A stretch of DNA of 64,000 nt from NCBI RefSeq assembly GCF_006345805.1, contig NC_043004.1, positions 51,336,001 to 51,400,000 on the forward strand. The letters run 5' to 3'. Position numbers and translations under genes: made by a program. Under the pieces are notes generated by a model. The model did not search any database and was not told where the DNA came from. It saw only the letters and a program-made list of their open reading frames with translations. This document shows, in pieces, positions 12,315 through 22,367 of this stretch. Source of the stretch: Octopus sinensis. Lineage: Eukaryota. The first letter of the stretch is position 1. Each line of letters starts with the position of its first letter.

Positions 12315-12640
12315 AGACCCCCTTCGGTCATAAACGACCATGAGATTCCACCTAGAAAGTTTCCCTCTGAGGCTTAAGTCCTGGCAAGGTTGTTTATGGA
12401 AGACCAGCTGTCACCCATGCACACCAGTCTCTCCTCTCCCTTCAACTGATGTTATCCAAGGGAAAGGCAAAGGGGCCGATACAGCTTGGCACCAGTGACG
12501 TCACATCTCATTTCTACAGCTGAGTGAACTGGAACAATGTGAAATAAAGTGTCTTGCTCAAGAACACAACACACAGTCCAGTCTGGAAATCAAACTCACT
12601 ATCTCATGGTTGTTAGCCTGACGCTCTAATCACTCAGCCA
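12315..12640 (-). mobile_element. SINE family C
   Basis: Reverse complement of the 5006-5335 body and head. Confidence 0.78.
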
Positions 12641-12761
12641 TTCTAGTGATGTGTTAAGTATTTCAGAAATAGCAGATGAGATACACTGAACCAATGTATG
12701 ATACCTAGCAACAAACACCACTGAGAAGTGTAAATCTTTTTAACTTTTATAAAATATATTA

Positions 12762-13310
12762 CTTTTACACTTTTACTTGTTTCAGTTGTTTGACTGTGGC
12801 CATGCTGGAGCACCGCCTTTAGTCGAGAAAATTGACCCAGGACTTATTCTATCAGTCTCTTTTGTCGAACTGCTAAGTTACGGGGACGTAAACACCCCAG
12901 CATCGGTTGTCAAGCGATGTTGGGGGGAAAAACGCAGACACACAAACACATACATACATATATATATATATATATAGACATATATACGACAGGCTTCTCT
13001 CAGTTTCCGTCTACCAAATCAACTCACAAGGCTTTGGTCGGCCCATGGCTATAGTAGAAGGCACTTGCCCAAGATGCCACGCAGTGGGACTGAACTCGGA
13101 ACCATGTGGTTCGTAAGCAAGATACTTACCACATAGCCACTCCTACACCTATATCTCTTTTTCTCTTTTTCTCTTTTTACTTGTTTCAGTCATTTGACTG
13201 CGGCCATGCTGGAGCACCGCCTTTAGTCGAGCAAATCGACCCCGGGATTTATTCTTTGTAAGCCCAGTACTTATTCTATCGGTCTCTTTTGCCAAACCGC
13301 TAAGTGACAG
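12762..13310 (-). mobile_element. SINE family A (12762-13145) plus an adjacent 3' fragment (13155-13310)
   Basis: Two family A tails in tandem. Confidence 0.85.
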
Positions 13311-14201
13311 TTTTCATCATCATCATCATCATCCATTTTCCATGCAAGCAGTTTGACAAGAGCTGGCCAACTGAAGAGCTGCCCAGGATCCATCTCTGTT
13401 TTGGTATGGTTTCTACAGCTGAATGTAAGTTCAATACATTGGTTACATTACACACATTGTTTAAATGAAATTATGGGATGTTGCTGTTATCACTCCCAGT
13501 TTCTATCCCAATTTACTTTCATTTTTTAGGTCAATTTACTTCCACTTTTTTTTTTTACAACCACAAACAGTTTCCTCACATCTCTACTTTAAGACTAATC
13601 TTTAAAACAGAATTTGTTTCTCAAGAGTGTGATGAAAAATCTGAAAACTGTGTTTAGTTTTCTGTTCATTAAATATAATGTTTATTAACACATTAGTCAT
13701 TACTGTTATCTTACACCACCATCATTACTGCCTGCTGTTTCTGGGTCATCGTTATCTTCACAGAAACAAGAAAGCTAATTGTCAGAGGCATTTATTGCAG
13801 TACTAATTCCAGCTTTGTTTTAAAGGCCTTAACTATTATTTCTTCTTTCATAGTTGTCCGTGAAAACTTGACCTACTGACATACCTTTGCAATAGCAGGT
13901 CAATTAGTTGTCCTGTGGTGGTGATGGTGGTGGTGGTGTACTAAATTCTTACCCCACCCTAACTCACAATCGCCCATTTGTTCCAGACTTCTTGCAATAG
14001 ATATTCAAATGGCTTTTTCAGTGGTTATAACTACAATGTTAAACTACCCTAGGTCAAATGCTTGCTTAGTTTTTAATAGTCTTTTAATAACTACTTATAA
14101 ATTTTTAAAAAAAGTTTTCTTTGTTGTTTCTGTTTCAAGATCCTGGAATTGATTTGGCGCTCAGCAGACCATGTGGGTGCCATGACCATAATTTAACTAA
14201 C

Positions 14202-14260
14202 CACAGTCTTATTCTGCCTTTGTTCATCTAGCCCCTTCCTGATGGACATGAATAAGAACA
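14202..14260 (-). CDS. Candidate 59-nt host exon (xFLFMSIRKGLDEQRQNKTV)
   Basis: Strong acceptor ttgcttgtttccacag, donor GTTAGT, only one open frame; phase-compatible with 3080-3108. Confidence 0.3.
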
Positions 14261-14404
14261 CTGTGGAAACAAGCAATTTGATGTGGCTGTTTAGATACTA
14301 TCAATTTAGTAAGGCTGACTACGCATAAAACTTGTTTTGACAACAGTACTTTTTAGCACTAGAGGCACACACACACACACACACAAACACACCACACGCA
14401 CATA

Positions 14405-14790
14405 TGCATGGCTGTGTGGTGAGAAACTTGCTTCCCAACCATATGGTTCCGGGTTCAGTGTCTTCTACTAAAAGCCTAAGGCCGACCAAAGCTTTGAGAG
14501 TGGATTTGGTAGACGGAAACTGAAAGAAGCTCGTCGTATATATACATATGCATATATTTATGTGTGTGTCTTTGTGTCTATATTTGTGTCAACCATCACT
14601 TGACAACTGATGTTGGTGTGTTTACTTCCTTGTAACTTAGCGGTTCGAGAAAAGAGACTTATAGAATAAGTACTAGGCTTACAAACAATAAGTCCTGAGG
14701 TTGATTTCTTCAACTAAAGAAACCACTTTAAGGTGGTGCTCCAGCATGGCCACAGTCAAATGACTGAAACAAGTAAAAGAATAAAAGGAT
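14405..14790 (+). mobile_element. SINE family A
   Basis: Family A head and body. Confidence 0.85.
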
Positions 14791-14987
14791 ACAGTTACAC
14801 AATTGACATAAACATGGTAATTGTTCAGTTTAGTTATACAAAAAAATGTAAATAAAAATTAAGGGGGAGATAAGTAGTAAAAGCACCAAAGGGTATTCCA
14901 TTGCATAGAAAGAGTCTCAAGAAAGTGTTTTTTGGTCGAAATACCTGACTGCACAGAAGAAATTTTAACTGAGCTGATACAAAGGTG

Positions 14988-16316
14988 GGATCTTTTCCTT
15001 TTGAACGGCACTTTGTAACATAATTTCTAGGTAATTAAAAGTTTTAAACGTCGTATACTGGTAGAATGTGTTTATAAAACATCATTTTCTCTTGGCTTTA
15101 TTGAGAAAATTCTATAGCTTGTAAGATATTTTGTCTGAAATTTCGAGCATTTCGGCAATTTTAACCAATCAATTACCTCCATTGACGTAAACAACATTTC
15201 GTGCAGTATGAATATGTCCCTCGTTTAAGAAACAGATTGGGTTTATTTACATTTGTGAAGAAAAAAAGATACCCTTCCCCCACCCCTAACTCACCCTAAA
15301 TCTCTCTATATATAAACGGCAGTTTGTCTGTCTGTGTGTCTGTGTGTCTGTCAGGTTGTACCCTCACCCTGACCACAGCTTTCAACCGATTCTGATGAAA
15401 CTTGACACACACATAGCCCAATGTCATAATTCAAAACTAACGCAGCGAAAATTTTGAGAAGTTCCCCCAGTTCTGAAAAAAATCGATAAATTCGACATGG
15501 GGTCGATAATCTAAGATTTTTATTTGCAACACATTTTCTGTTGTAGTTTTCGCAACTTGGAATCGATTTTCAACAAACTCATGGTGAAGCTTAATGTTAC
15601 CCTAAGAAACTTAATTCTGACGTTAGTTTTCCATGCAATACCTTACCATAAAAAAAAATCGATAAAATCATGCCATTTTGGGAAATCGCGTTCAAATTCA
15701 AGATGACATATTTTCGACAATATCTTTCACAAATTGGCAGGAATTTTTTTTTAATTCACAGCGAGCATCATGTCTGTTCCAGGGGCTCTTACATACCCGG
15801 GCAATGCCGGGCTATGCTGCTAGTCTAAAATAGATTGAAATGCAGATAACTAGGGTTATATTTATGGGTGACAATTTCATACGACACCGCTATGGGAAAT
15901 GTGAGTTTTTTCTAGCAATGTCAAATGAAAATGTCACCCATAATTATAACCCTAGTATCGATCTATTGCATTTCAATCTATTTTAGATTTAGGGCTAGAG
16001 TTAGGGTAAGTTAGGGTTAGTTAGGGTTATGGTATCTTTTTTCTTCACAAATGTAAATAAACCCAATCTGTTTCTTAAAGGAGGGACATATTCATTATGC
16101 ACAGAATGTTATTTATGCCAATGGAGGTAATCGATTGGTTAAAATTGCCGAAATGCTCGAAATTAAAGATGAAATATGTTACAACATATAGAATTTTCTC
16201 AATAAAGCCAAGGAAAAATAATGTTTTATAAACACACTCTACCAGTATACGAAGTTTAAAACTTTTTAGTTACCTAGAAATTATGTTACAAAGTGCCGTT
16301 CAATAGGAAAAGATCC
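14988..16316. mobile_element. Near-palindromic non-autonomous DNA transposon with ~300-bp TIRs and 8-bp TSD
   Basis: Ends GGATCTTTTCC / GGAAAAGATCC; TSD CAAAGGTG at 14980-14987 and 16317-16324; TTAGGG-like repeats near the centre; contains a Helitron insertion. Confidence 0.85.
15301..15823 (+). mobile_element. Non-autonomous Helitron (family H2)
   Basis: A|TC 5' end, CCCGG...CCGGG hairpin, CTAG|T 3' end, no TSD; homologous to 47013-47385. Confidence 0.8.
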
Positions 16317-16569
16317 CAAAGGTGGATCTTGCCTGGGTCTCACAGAGTCAGCGATGGATGGTGAGCATATAATAACATCAGCATCCTCAATGGTGGTGTC
16401 TACACGCACAAGGTGATACACCAACATTTTGTTGATCTACATGATCAAGACGTCCACACACAAAATGTGGAAAATATGTGGATGCTGGGACATCGGACGA
16501 ATTGCTGGTTTCATATCTGCATGAGTTTTTCTGACGTAATTCCACTGAGAAAAAGAAGACATTTCTTGG

Positions 16570-16752
16570 CAATCCTTCGGTATAGGTACCGTAAGTTGCT
16601 TTGTTTACATTTCTGAAGATAACAGAAACCATTTTCTCCCACCCTAACCCTAACCCTAACACAAACCCTAACCCTAACCCACCATATTTATTTAAAAAAA
16701 CACTTTCTTGAAATGTATTCGGTACTTCCGGTACCTATACCGAAGTTGCGCC
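16570..16752. mobile_element. Small MITE-like element containing (CCCTAA)n
   Basis: Inverted repeat ttcggtataggtaccg / cggtacctataccgaa around a ccctaa array at ~16642-16681. Confidence 0.5.
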
Positions 16753-16955
16753 CATTTGTTCACCTTTTGGCAGCGATCGCCAGTCTTTATGCTGTATAAA
16801 AAGCTGCATCTTTTATTACTTATCTCCCCTTAATTTTATGTATTTTTTTTATATAACTGAACAATTACCCATAAATACTTTCCCTCTCCAAACATACATA
16901 AAAAGAAATATGCTCACACACATAAATAGAGAGAGAGAGGAGGAGAAGGAGATGA

Positions 16956-17013
<58 letters not shown>

Positions 17014-17243
17014 CGGGTAAGAGAGAATGACGAGAGAAAGATTAAAACATCTGATGTCAGCGTCAAATCAGCGACACCAAAACGGTTCTGCTGACACGTC
17101 TCATTCCCGAAACACAGTGGGTTTCTTGAGTATTGTTTTTTTTTTTTTTTTGTTTTAAAGATTCATTATAGTAGTAACTTTGTGTCACTTGCACAAGCGG
17201 CCAACACAACAGTGTAACAGGATTTTTATCCAATTGCTTAGAC

Positions 17244-17461
17244 CAGTGCTTTTGAAACTTTTTGCTGAAGCGGAACCCCAAGCAAACATTCCACTGGCTC
17301 GAGGAACCCCTGTGCAATAATTTAATTGTCTTATGCACACATAATTGCACAGGAGAATCAGAAATTACTGTCGATTTAAGCATTTTTGTAACTTCTTGCG
17401 GAACCCCTGGACTGTACTGGCGGAACCCTAAGGTTCGGGGAACCCTGGTTGAAAACCACTG
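17244..17461. mobile_element. hAT-type MITE
   Basis: TIR CAGTGCTTTTGAA / TTGAAAACCACTG; 8-bp TSD GCTTAGAC at 17236-17243 and 17462-17469. Confidence 0.85.
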
Positions 17462-18430
17462 GCTTAGACAGTCATGGTCTTTTGCTCTGTTATTCTTGAC
17501 GGCATTCTTTGATGGCACATCAAATGTAAACAAAGAGTCGTTCATTTGTCCCAGTTCATGATTTATTCTTAATGCATCGGTTGTGCAATCCTAGTCTTTA
17601 CTTTCAGACTTAGCCGTACCTCTTCACGAAAAAGTCCACCACCAAAACGAACATCCATGAAGCTCATCTGCTTCTATATTTCTCCTTTTATATATCTCCC
17701 TCCCTGACGCACCATCAATGGAACTGTATCACATATTTTATTGTGTACTCATGATGTTACACATTCATATCTATGTGTATACGTGCATAGAATACATCCC
17801 TACTCTTGGCACTATTTTGTTAGTGAATAGTACAAACTGTGTGTAAAGTATATAATGTATTACTACGCTGAATGTTGACAAGTCCGTGTAACATGATTAG
17901 TAAATAAACACGTTAAACAATAACAATGGCTTTCATGGTACTTGTCTATTGTCGTGGTCCCGGTTTCGCACACGCGAATTCGCGCGCGCGCGCCAGACGT
18001 AGGTACTCGATAATCGAGATCCTACGAGGTGACTTGCGCATGCGCAGTGCAGAATTCGCGCATGCGCGTTAACGCCCCCCCCAAAAAAAGGTGTTGGATT
18101 TCACTAAAAATATATATGTGTGTGTGTGTGTGTGTGTATATATAACATTTTCAATTTTACACAAAAAAATTACATAGTCGCTTTCCTCGCGGATTTACAG
18201 ATAAATGAATTAATTACTATTTTACAGAATAAAATTAATGAATTAATTATATAAATTAAATAATTCTTGAAAATTAATTAATATCAATAATATTTTTTGA
18301 ACAAAGTAAATAATTTATAAAACTTGGTTAATAATTTTTTTTACACAAACGCGAACGTATATAATTTGTGAAACTTTTTTTTTTTTTACAGACGTATATA
18401 ATTTGGTAAACTTAATGAATTAATTTCTTA

Positions 18431-18852
18431 TCATCATCATCATCGTTTAACGTCCGTTCTCCATGCCAGCATGGGTTGGACGGTTCGACCGGGGATCTGG
18501 GAAGCCAGAAGGCTGCACCAGACTCCAGTCTTATCTGGCAATGTTTCTACAGCTGGATGCCCTTCCTAACGCCAACCAATCCGAGAGTGTAGTGGGTGCT
18601 TTTTACATGCCACCCGCACAGGTGCCAGGCGAGGCTGGCAACGGCCACGGTCGGATTGGTGCCAGTCGAGGCGGCTCTGGCATCGGCCACGATTCGGATA
18701 GTGCTTTTTACGTACCACCAGTCCAGGGGTCCTGGCATTTGCCGGGTGTCACACTTGCCCCAACATGTCTTCGCAAGCAAAGGGGGTTGGCATGGGTGCC
18801 TGTCGTGGGATGAGGTTCGATATCAACTTCGCTTGCCTCAACAGGTCTTTGT
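18431..18852 (-). mobile_element. Family D retroposon inside the left foldback arm
   Basis: (CAT)n tail and family D core; mirror copy at 19905-20326 (+). Confidence 0.75.
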
Positions 18853-19904
18853 GTATAAATGTATAAATTTTTCGCACTAAATTCTTTCCGTAGAATTTAT
18901 CAAAAAACGCGCAAAATTATTCCGTAGAATTTATCAAATTAAAAAACGCAAAATTAATATATTTTTTGAAATTGCAAATTATTTAGAATATAAAACAAAT
19001 GAAGTTAAATTTTAAAAATAAATGTCATATACTTATACTCTGTAAGGTGCTGTGTTCACACTTCAATTTACTATTTTCTAGAAATGTTGCTTTTCTAATT
19101 GAAACAATTTTTCTCAATCTCCATTTAAAAGTCCATCATGTCTCTTGAGACATATCAAAATGAACAACTTTGAATTACGCGGCGGCGGTGGTGGTGTGAG
19201 GTTCTAATTTTTTTTTCTGATCTCTCTTTGCCCCCTCTTTATCTCAGTTGTTCATTCCGCTAATATTTAGAAAAATTTTCGCGCCCAATTTTTGTTGTCG
19301 CGGGAAAAGATGAACGATTTAAAATAAATATATCTTAATTGTAGTGTGAGAAAGTATATATATTCTGATGACAAAATATATTATCTTTCAAAAACATCCC
19401 AATTTATAGACTATATCGTGTAGGTTTAAGAAATATATATATATATAGATATATATATATATACATATATAGTAGAGAATGAAACATCTTTCATCTGTCT
19501 CCCCACCACACCTCCATCTAGGGGGGCAAAGAGAGATCAGAAAAAAAATTAGAACCTCACACCACCACCGCCGCCGCGTAATTCAAAGTTGTTCATTTTG
19601 ATATGTCTCAAGAGACATGATGGACTTTTAAATGGAGATTGAGAAAAATTGTTTCAATTAGAAAAGCAACATTTCTAGAAAATAGTAAATTGAAGTGTGA
19701 ACACAGCACCTTACAGAGTATAAGTATATGACATTTATTTTTAAAATTTAACTTCATTTGTTTTATATTCTAAATAATTTGCAATTTCAAAAAATATATT
19801 AATTTTGCGTTTTTTAATTTGATAAATTCTACGGAATAATTTTGCGCGTTTTTTGATAAATTCTACAGAAAGAATTTAGTGCGAAAAATTTATACATTTA
19901 TACA

Positions 19905-20326
19905 CAAAGACCTGTTGAGGCAAGCGAAGTTGATATCGAACCTCATCCCACGACAGGCACCCATGCCAACCCCCTTTGCTTGCGAAGACATGTTGGGGCA
20001 AGTGTGACACCCGGCAAATGCCAGGACCCCTGGACTGGTGGTACGTAAAAAGCACTATCCGAATCGTGGCCGATGCCAGAGCCGCCTCGACTGGCACCAA
20101 TCCGACCGTGGCCGTTGCCAGCCTCGCCTGGCACCTGTGCGGGTGGCATGTAAAAAGCACCCACTACACTCTCGGAGTGGTTGGCGTTAGGAAGGGCATC
20201 CAGCTGTAGAAACATTGCCAGATAAGACTGGAGTCTGGTGCAGCCTTCTGGCTTCCCAGATCCCCGGTCGAACCGTCCAACCCATGCTGGCATGGAGAAC
20301 GGACGTTAAACGATGATGATGATGAT
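19905..20326 (+). mobile_element. Family D retroposon inside the right foldback arm
   Basis: Near-identical reverse complement of 18431-18852. Confidence 0.75.
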
Positions 20327-21152
20327 AAGAAATTAATTCATTAAGTTTACCAAATTATATACGTCTGTAAAAAAAAAAAAAGTTTCACAAATTATATACG
20401 TTCGCGTTTGTGTAAAAAAAATTATTAACCAAGTTTTATAAATTATTTACTTTGTTCAAAAAATATTATTAATATTAATTAATTTTCAAGAATTATTTAA
20501 TTTATATAATTAATTCATTAATTTTATTCTGTAAAATAGTAATTAATTCATTTATCTGTAAATCCGCGAGGAAAGCGACTATGTAATTTTTTTGTGTAAA
20601 ATTGAAAATGTTATATATACACACACACACACACACACATATATATTTTTAGTGAAATCCAACACCTTTTTTTTGGGGGGGGGCGTTAACGCGCATGCGC
20701 GAATTCTGCACTGCGCATGCGCAAGTCACCTCGTAGGATCTCGATTATCGAGTACCTACGTCTGGCGCGCGCGCGCGCGAATTCGCGTGTGCGAAACCGG
20801 GACCACGACAATAGACAAGTACCGGCTTTCATATTGGTTGTCTATCCCATTAGAACCCAAACTACACCTAACACATGATTTTATGGCTTCCTACAACTGC
20901 CAGAATTTCATATATTTATAACGAAGAACTTGTTCGTTTATCTTTTTCATTCTCACTCTTTTTTTCGTCTACGAATCATTTTTTTTTCTATCGATGGTGG
21001 TCTATACAGGCATTCAGCTGCCCGGTAGCCATGTCGTATTCAACAACTTGTCGGTGATAACGAATTGTGTGTATCTGTCTCTGTTAAGATGTCATTGTGT
21101 AAGTGTCGTAGAAGAGTATTGTCAGCTGAATAACTAAGCTGACAATAAACAG

Positions 21153-21198
21153 ATGGCGTCTTCTTCGGTGGTACGTCTGTCTGACAGCCCTACAAATG
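21153..21198 (+). CDS. Candidate first coding exon (MASSSVVRLSDSPTN)
   Basis: acagATGGCG start context, donor G|GTATGT, in a short non-repeat island with several CpGs; no downstream exon proven. Confidence 0.25.
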
Positions 21199-21392
21199 GT
21201 ATGTTGAGCGGCAACCACCCTAGAAGCATCATCAAACACCTAGAACCTCATATCTTCAGCAGCCTACCCTATCTTTTTGCCAATAGATAATTATTCACAA
21301 ATACTGCACTTTACAAGAAAGAAATGGTTTAAAAAAAAAAACCTCTTGCGTAGAAGATACCATGGTGTGAATTTTGCAATAAAAACATCTTT

Positions 21393-21735
21393 TATCTTTT
21401 ACTTGTTTCAGTCATTGGACTGCGGCCATGCTGGTGCACAACCTTTAAGGGTTTCATCGAACAAATCGACCCCAGTGCTCATTTTTAAAGTTTGATACTT
21501 ATTCTACCACTAAGTTACAGAATGTCAACAAACCAACACTGTTACCAAGCGTTGGTGGGGAAGCACACACATGCGCGCGCGCATACGTGTATGTGACAGG
21601 TTTCTAGTTTCCGTCTGCCAAATCCACTCACAAAGCCTTTGTCAGCTCGGAGCTATAAATAATACAGTTATCCAAGGTGCCAAACAGTGGGACTGACCCC
21701 AGAACCATGTGTTTGGGAAGCAAACTTTTTAACAT
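21393..21735 (-). mobile_element. SINE family A, diverged
   Basis: Family A tail and body. Confidence 0.7.
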
Positions 21736-21788
21736 AATTGCAAATCAGAGCGCTTTATTCACTACAGAACAATTATTTCGTAAATATA

Positions 21789-22306
21789 ATGTTATGTGTA
21801 GTTTCTTTCTACTGAGATAGACAACTCAATACGAAGCATAGATATTCTGTCACGTGTTTATTTACTTTTCGTAATACAGGAACTGCGTACACTCAGCGCA
21901 GCGACACCTATATACCTTCAGACACAGCGTAGTAATACTGTTTACTTTAAAACACAGTTCGTACTGTTCACTAACAAATAGTGCCACACGTATACACATA
22001 GATATGAATGTGTAACATCCCTTCTTCCTGAAAAAAAAAAAAGTTTTGAAAAACTTTATCATGTATAAAAAGAGAAAATATTTACATTTTTTTTTTCAAA
22101 ATATACCATTAGTTCAATTGTCTAAAAAAATTGATAAAATTAATTAAAAAAATGAAAACCAAACTGAGTATAATTAAATTAATCATAGCAGTTTTTTTTT
22201 TCTTTTTGAAAGTTCCTGTATTACGAAAAGTAAATAAACACGTGAAAGAATATCTATGCTTCGTATTGAGTTGTCTATCCTAGTAGAAAGAAACTACACA
22301 TAACAT
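21789..22306. mobile_element. MITE with ~90-bp TIRs
   Basis: 21789-21879 is the reverse complement of 22211-22306; a related copy at ~17750-20875 is interrupted by the foldback element. Confidence 0.7.
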
Positions 22307-22367
22307 ATGACCTAAGTATATAGATTTACCAGGAGAAGCTCAACAAGATGAGGTAATGAGATATGAG

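Larger units (their letters stand above)
17937..20823. mobile_element. Foldback-type element: ~1.3-kb inverted arms (17937-19235 / 19522-20823), 286-bp spacer, 9-bp TSD
   Basis: Arms start GGTACTTGTC and are near-identical reverse complements; TSD GGCTTTCAT at 17928-17936 and 20824-20832; no transposase ORF. A 9-bp TSD fits Mutator/Foldback, or Merlin (GGNRM termini). Confidence 0.9.

Noticed and set aside
16642-16681. Telomere or chromosome-fusion site
   Set aside because: Only a few imperfect CCCTAA units, enclosed in a small inverted-repeat element.
17488-17893. Solo LTR (TGTTA...TAACA on the minus strand, with a TATA-like word)
   Set aside because: No 4-6-bp TSD, and part of it is homologous to the MITE interior at 21940-22020.
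18463-20293. Mirror-image ORF sets (116, 94 and 77 aa) suggesting a duplicated gene or transposase
   Set aside because: They lie within the family D retroposon copies in the foldback arms and have no catalytic motifs.
17937-20823. Assembly artefact explanation for the large palindrome
   Set aside because: A 9-bp TSD, an empty-site paralogue and small differences between the arms favour a real insertion, though long reads remain the decisive test.
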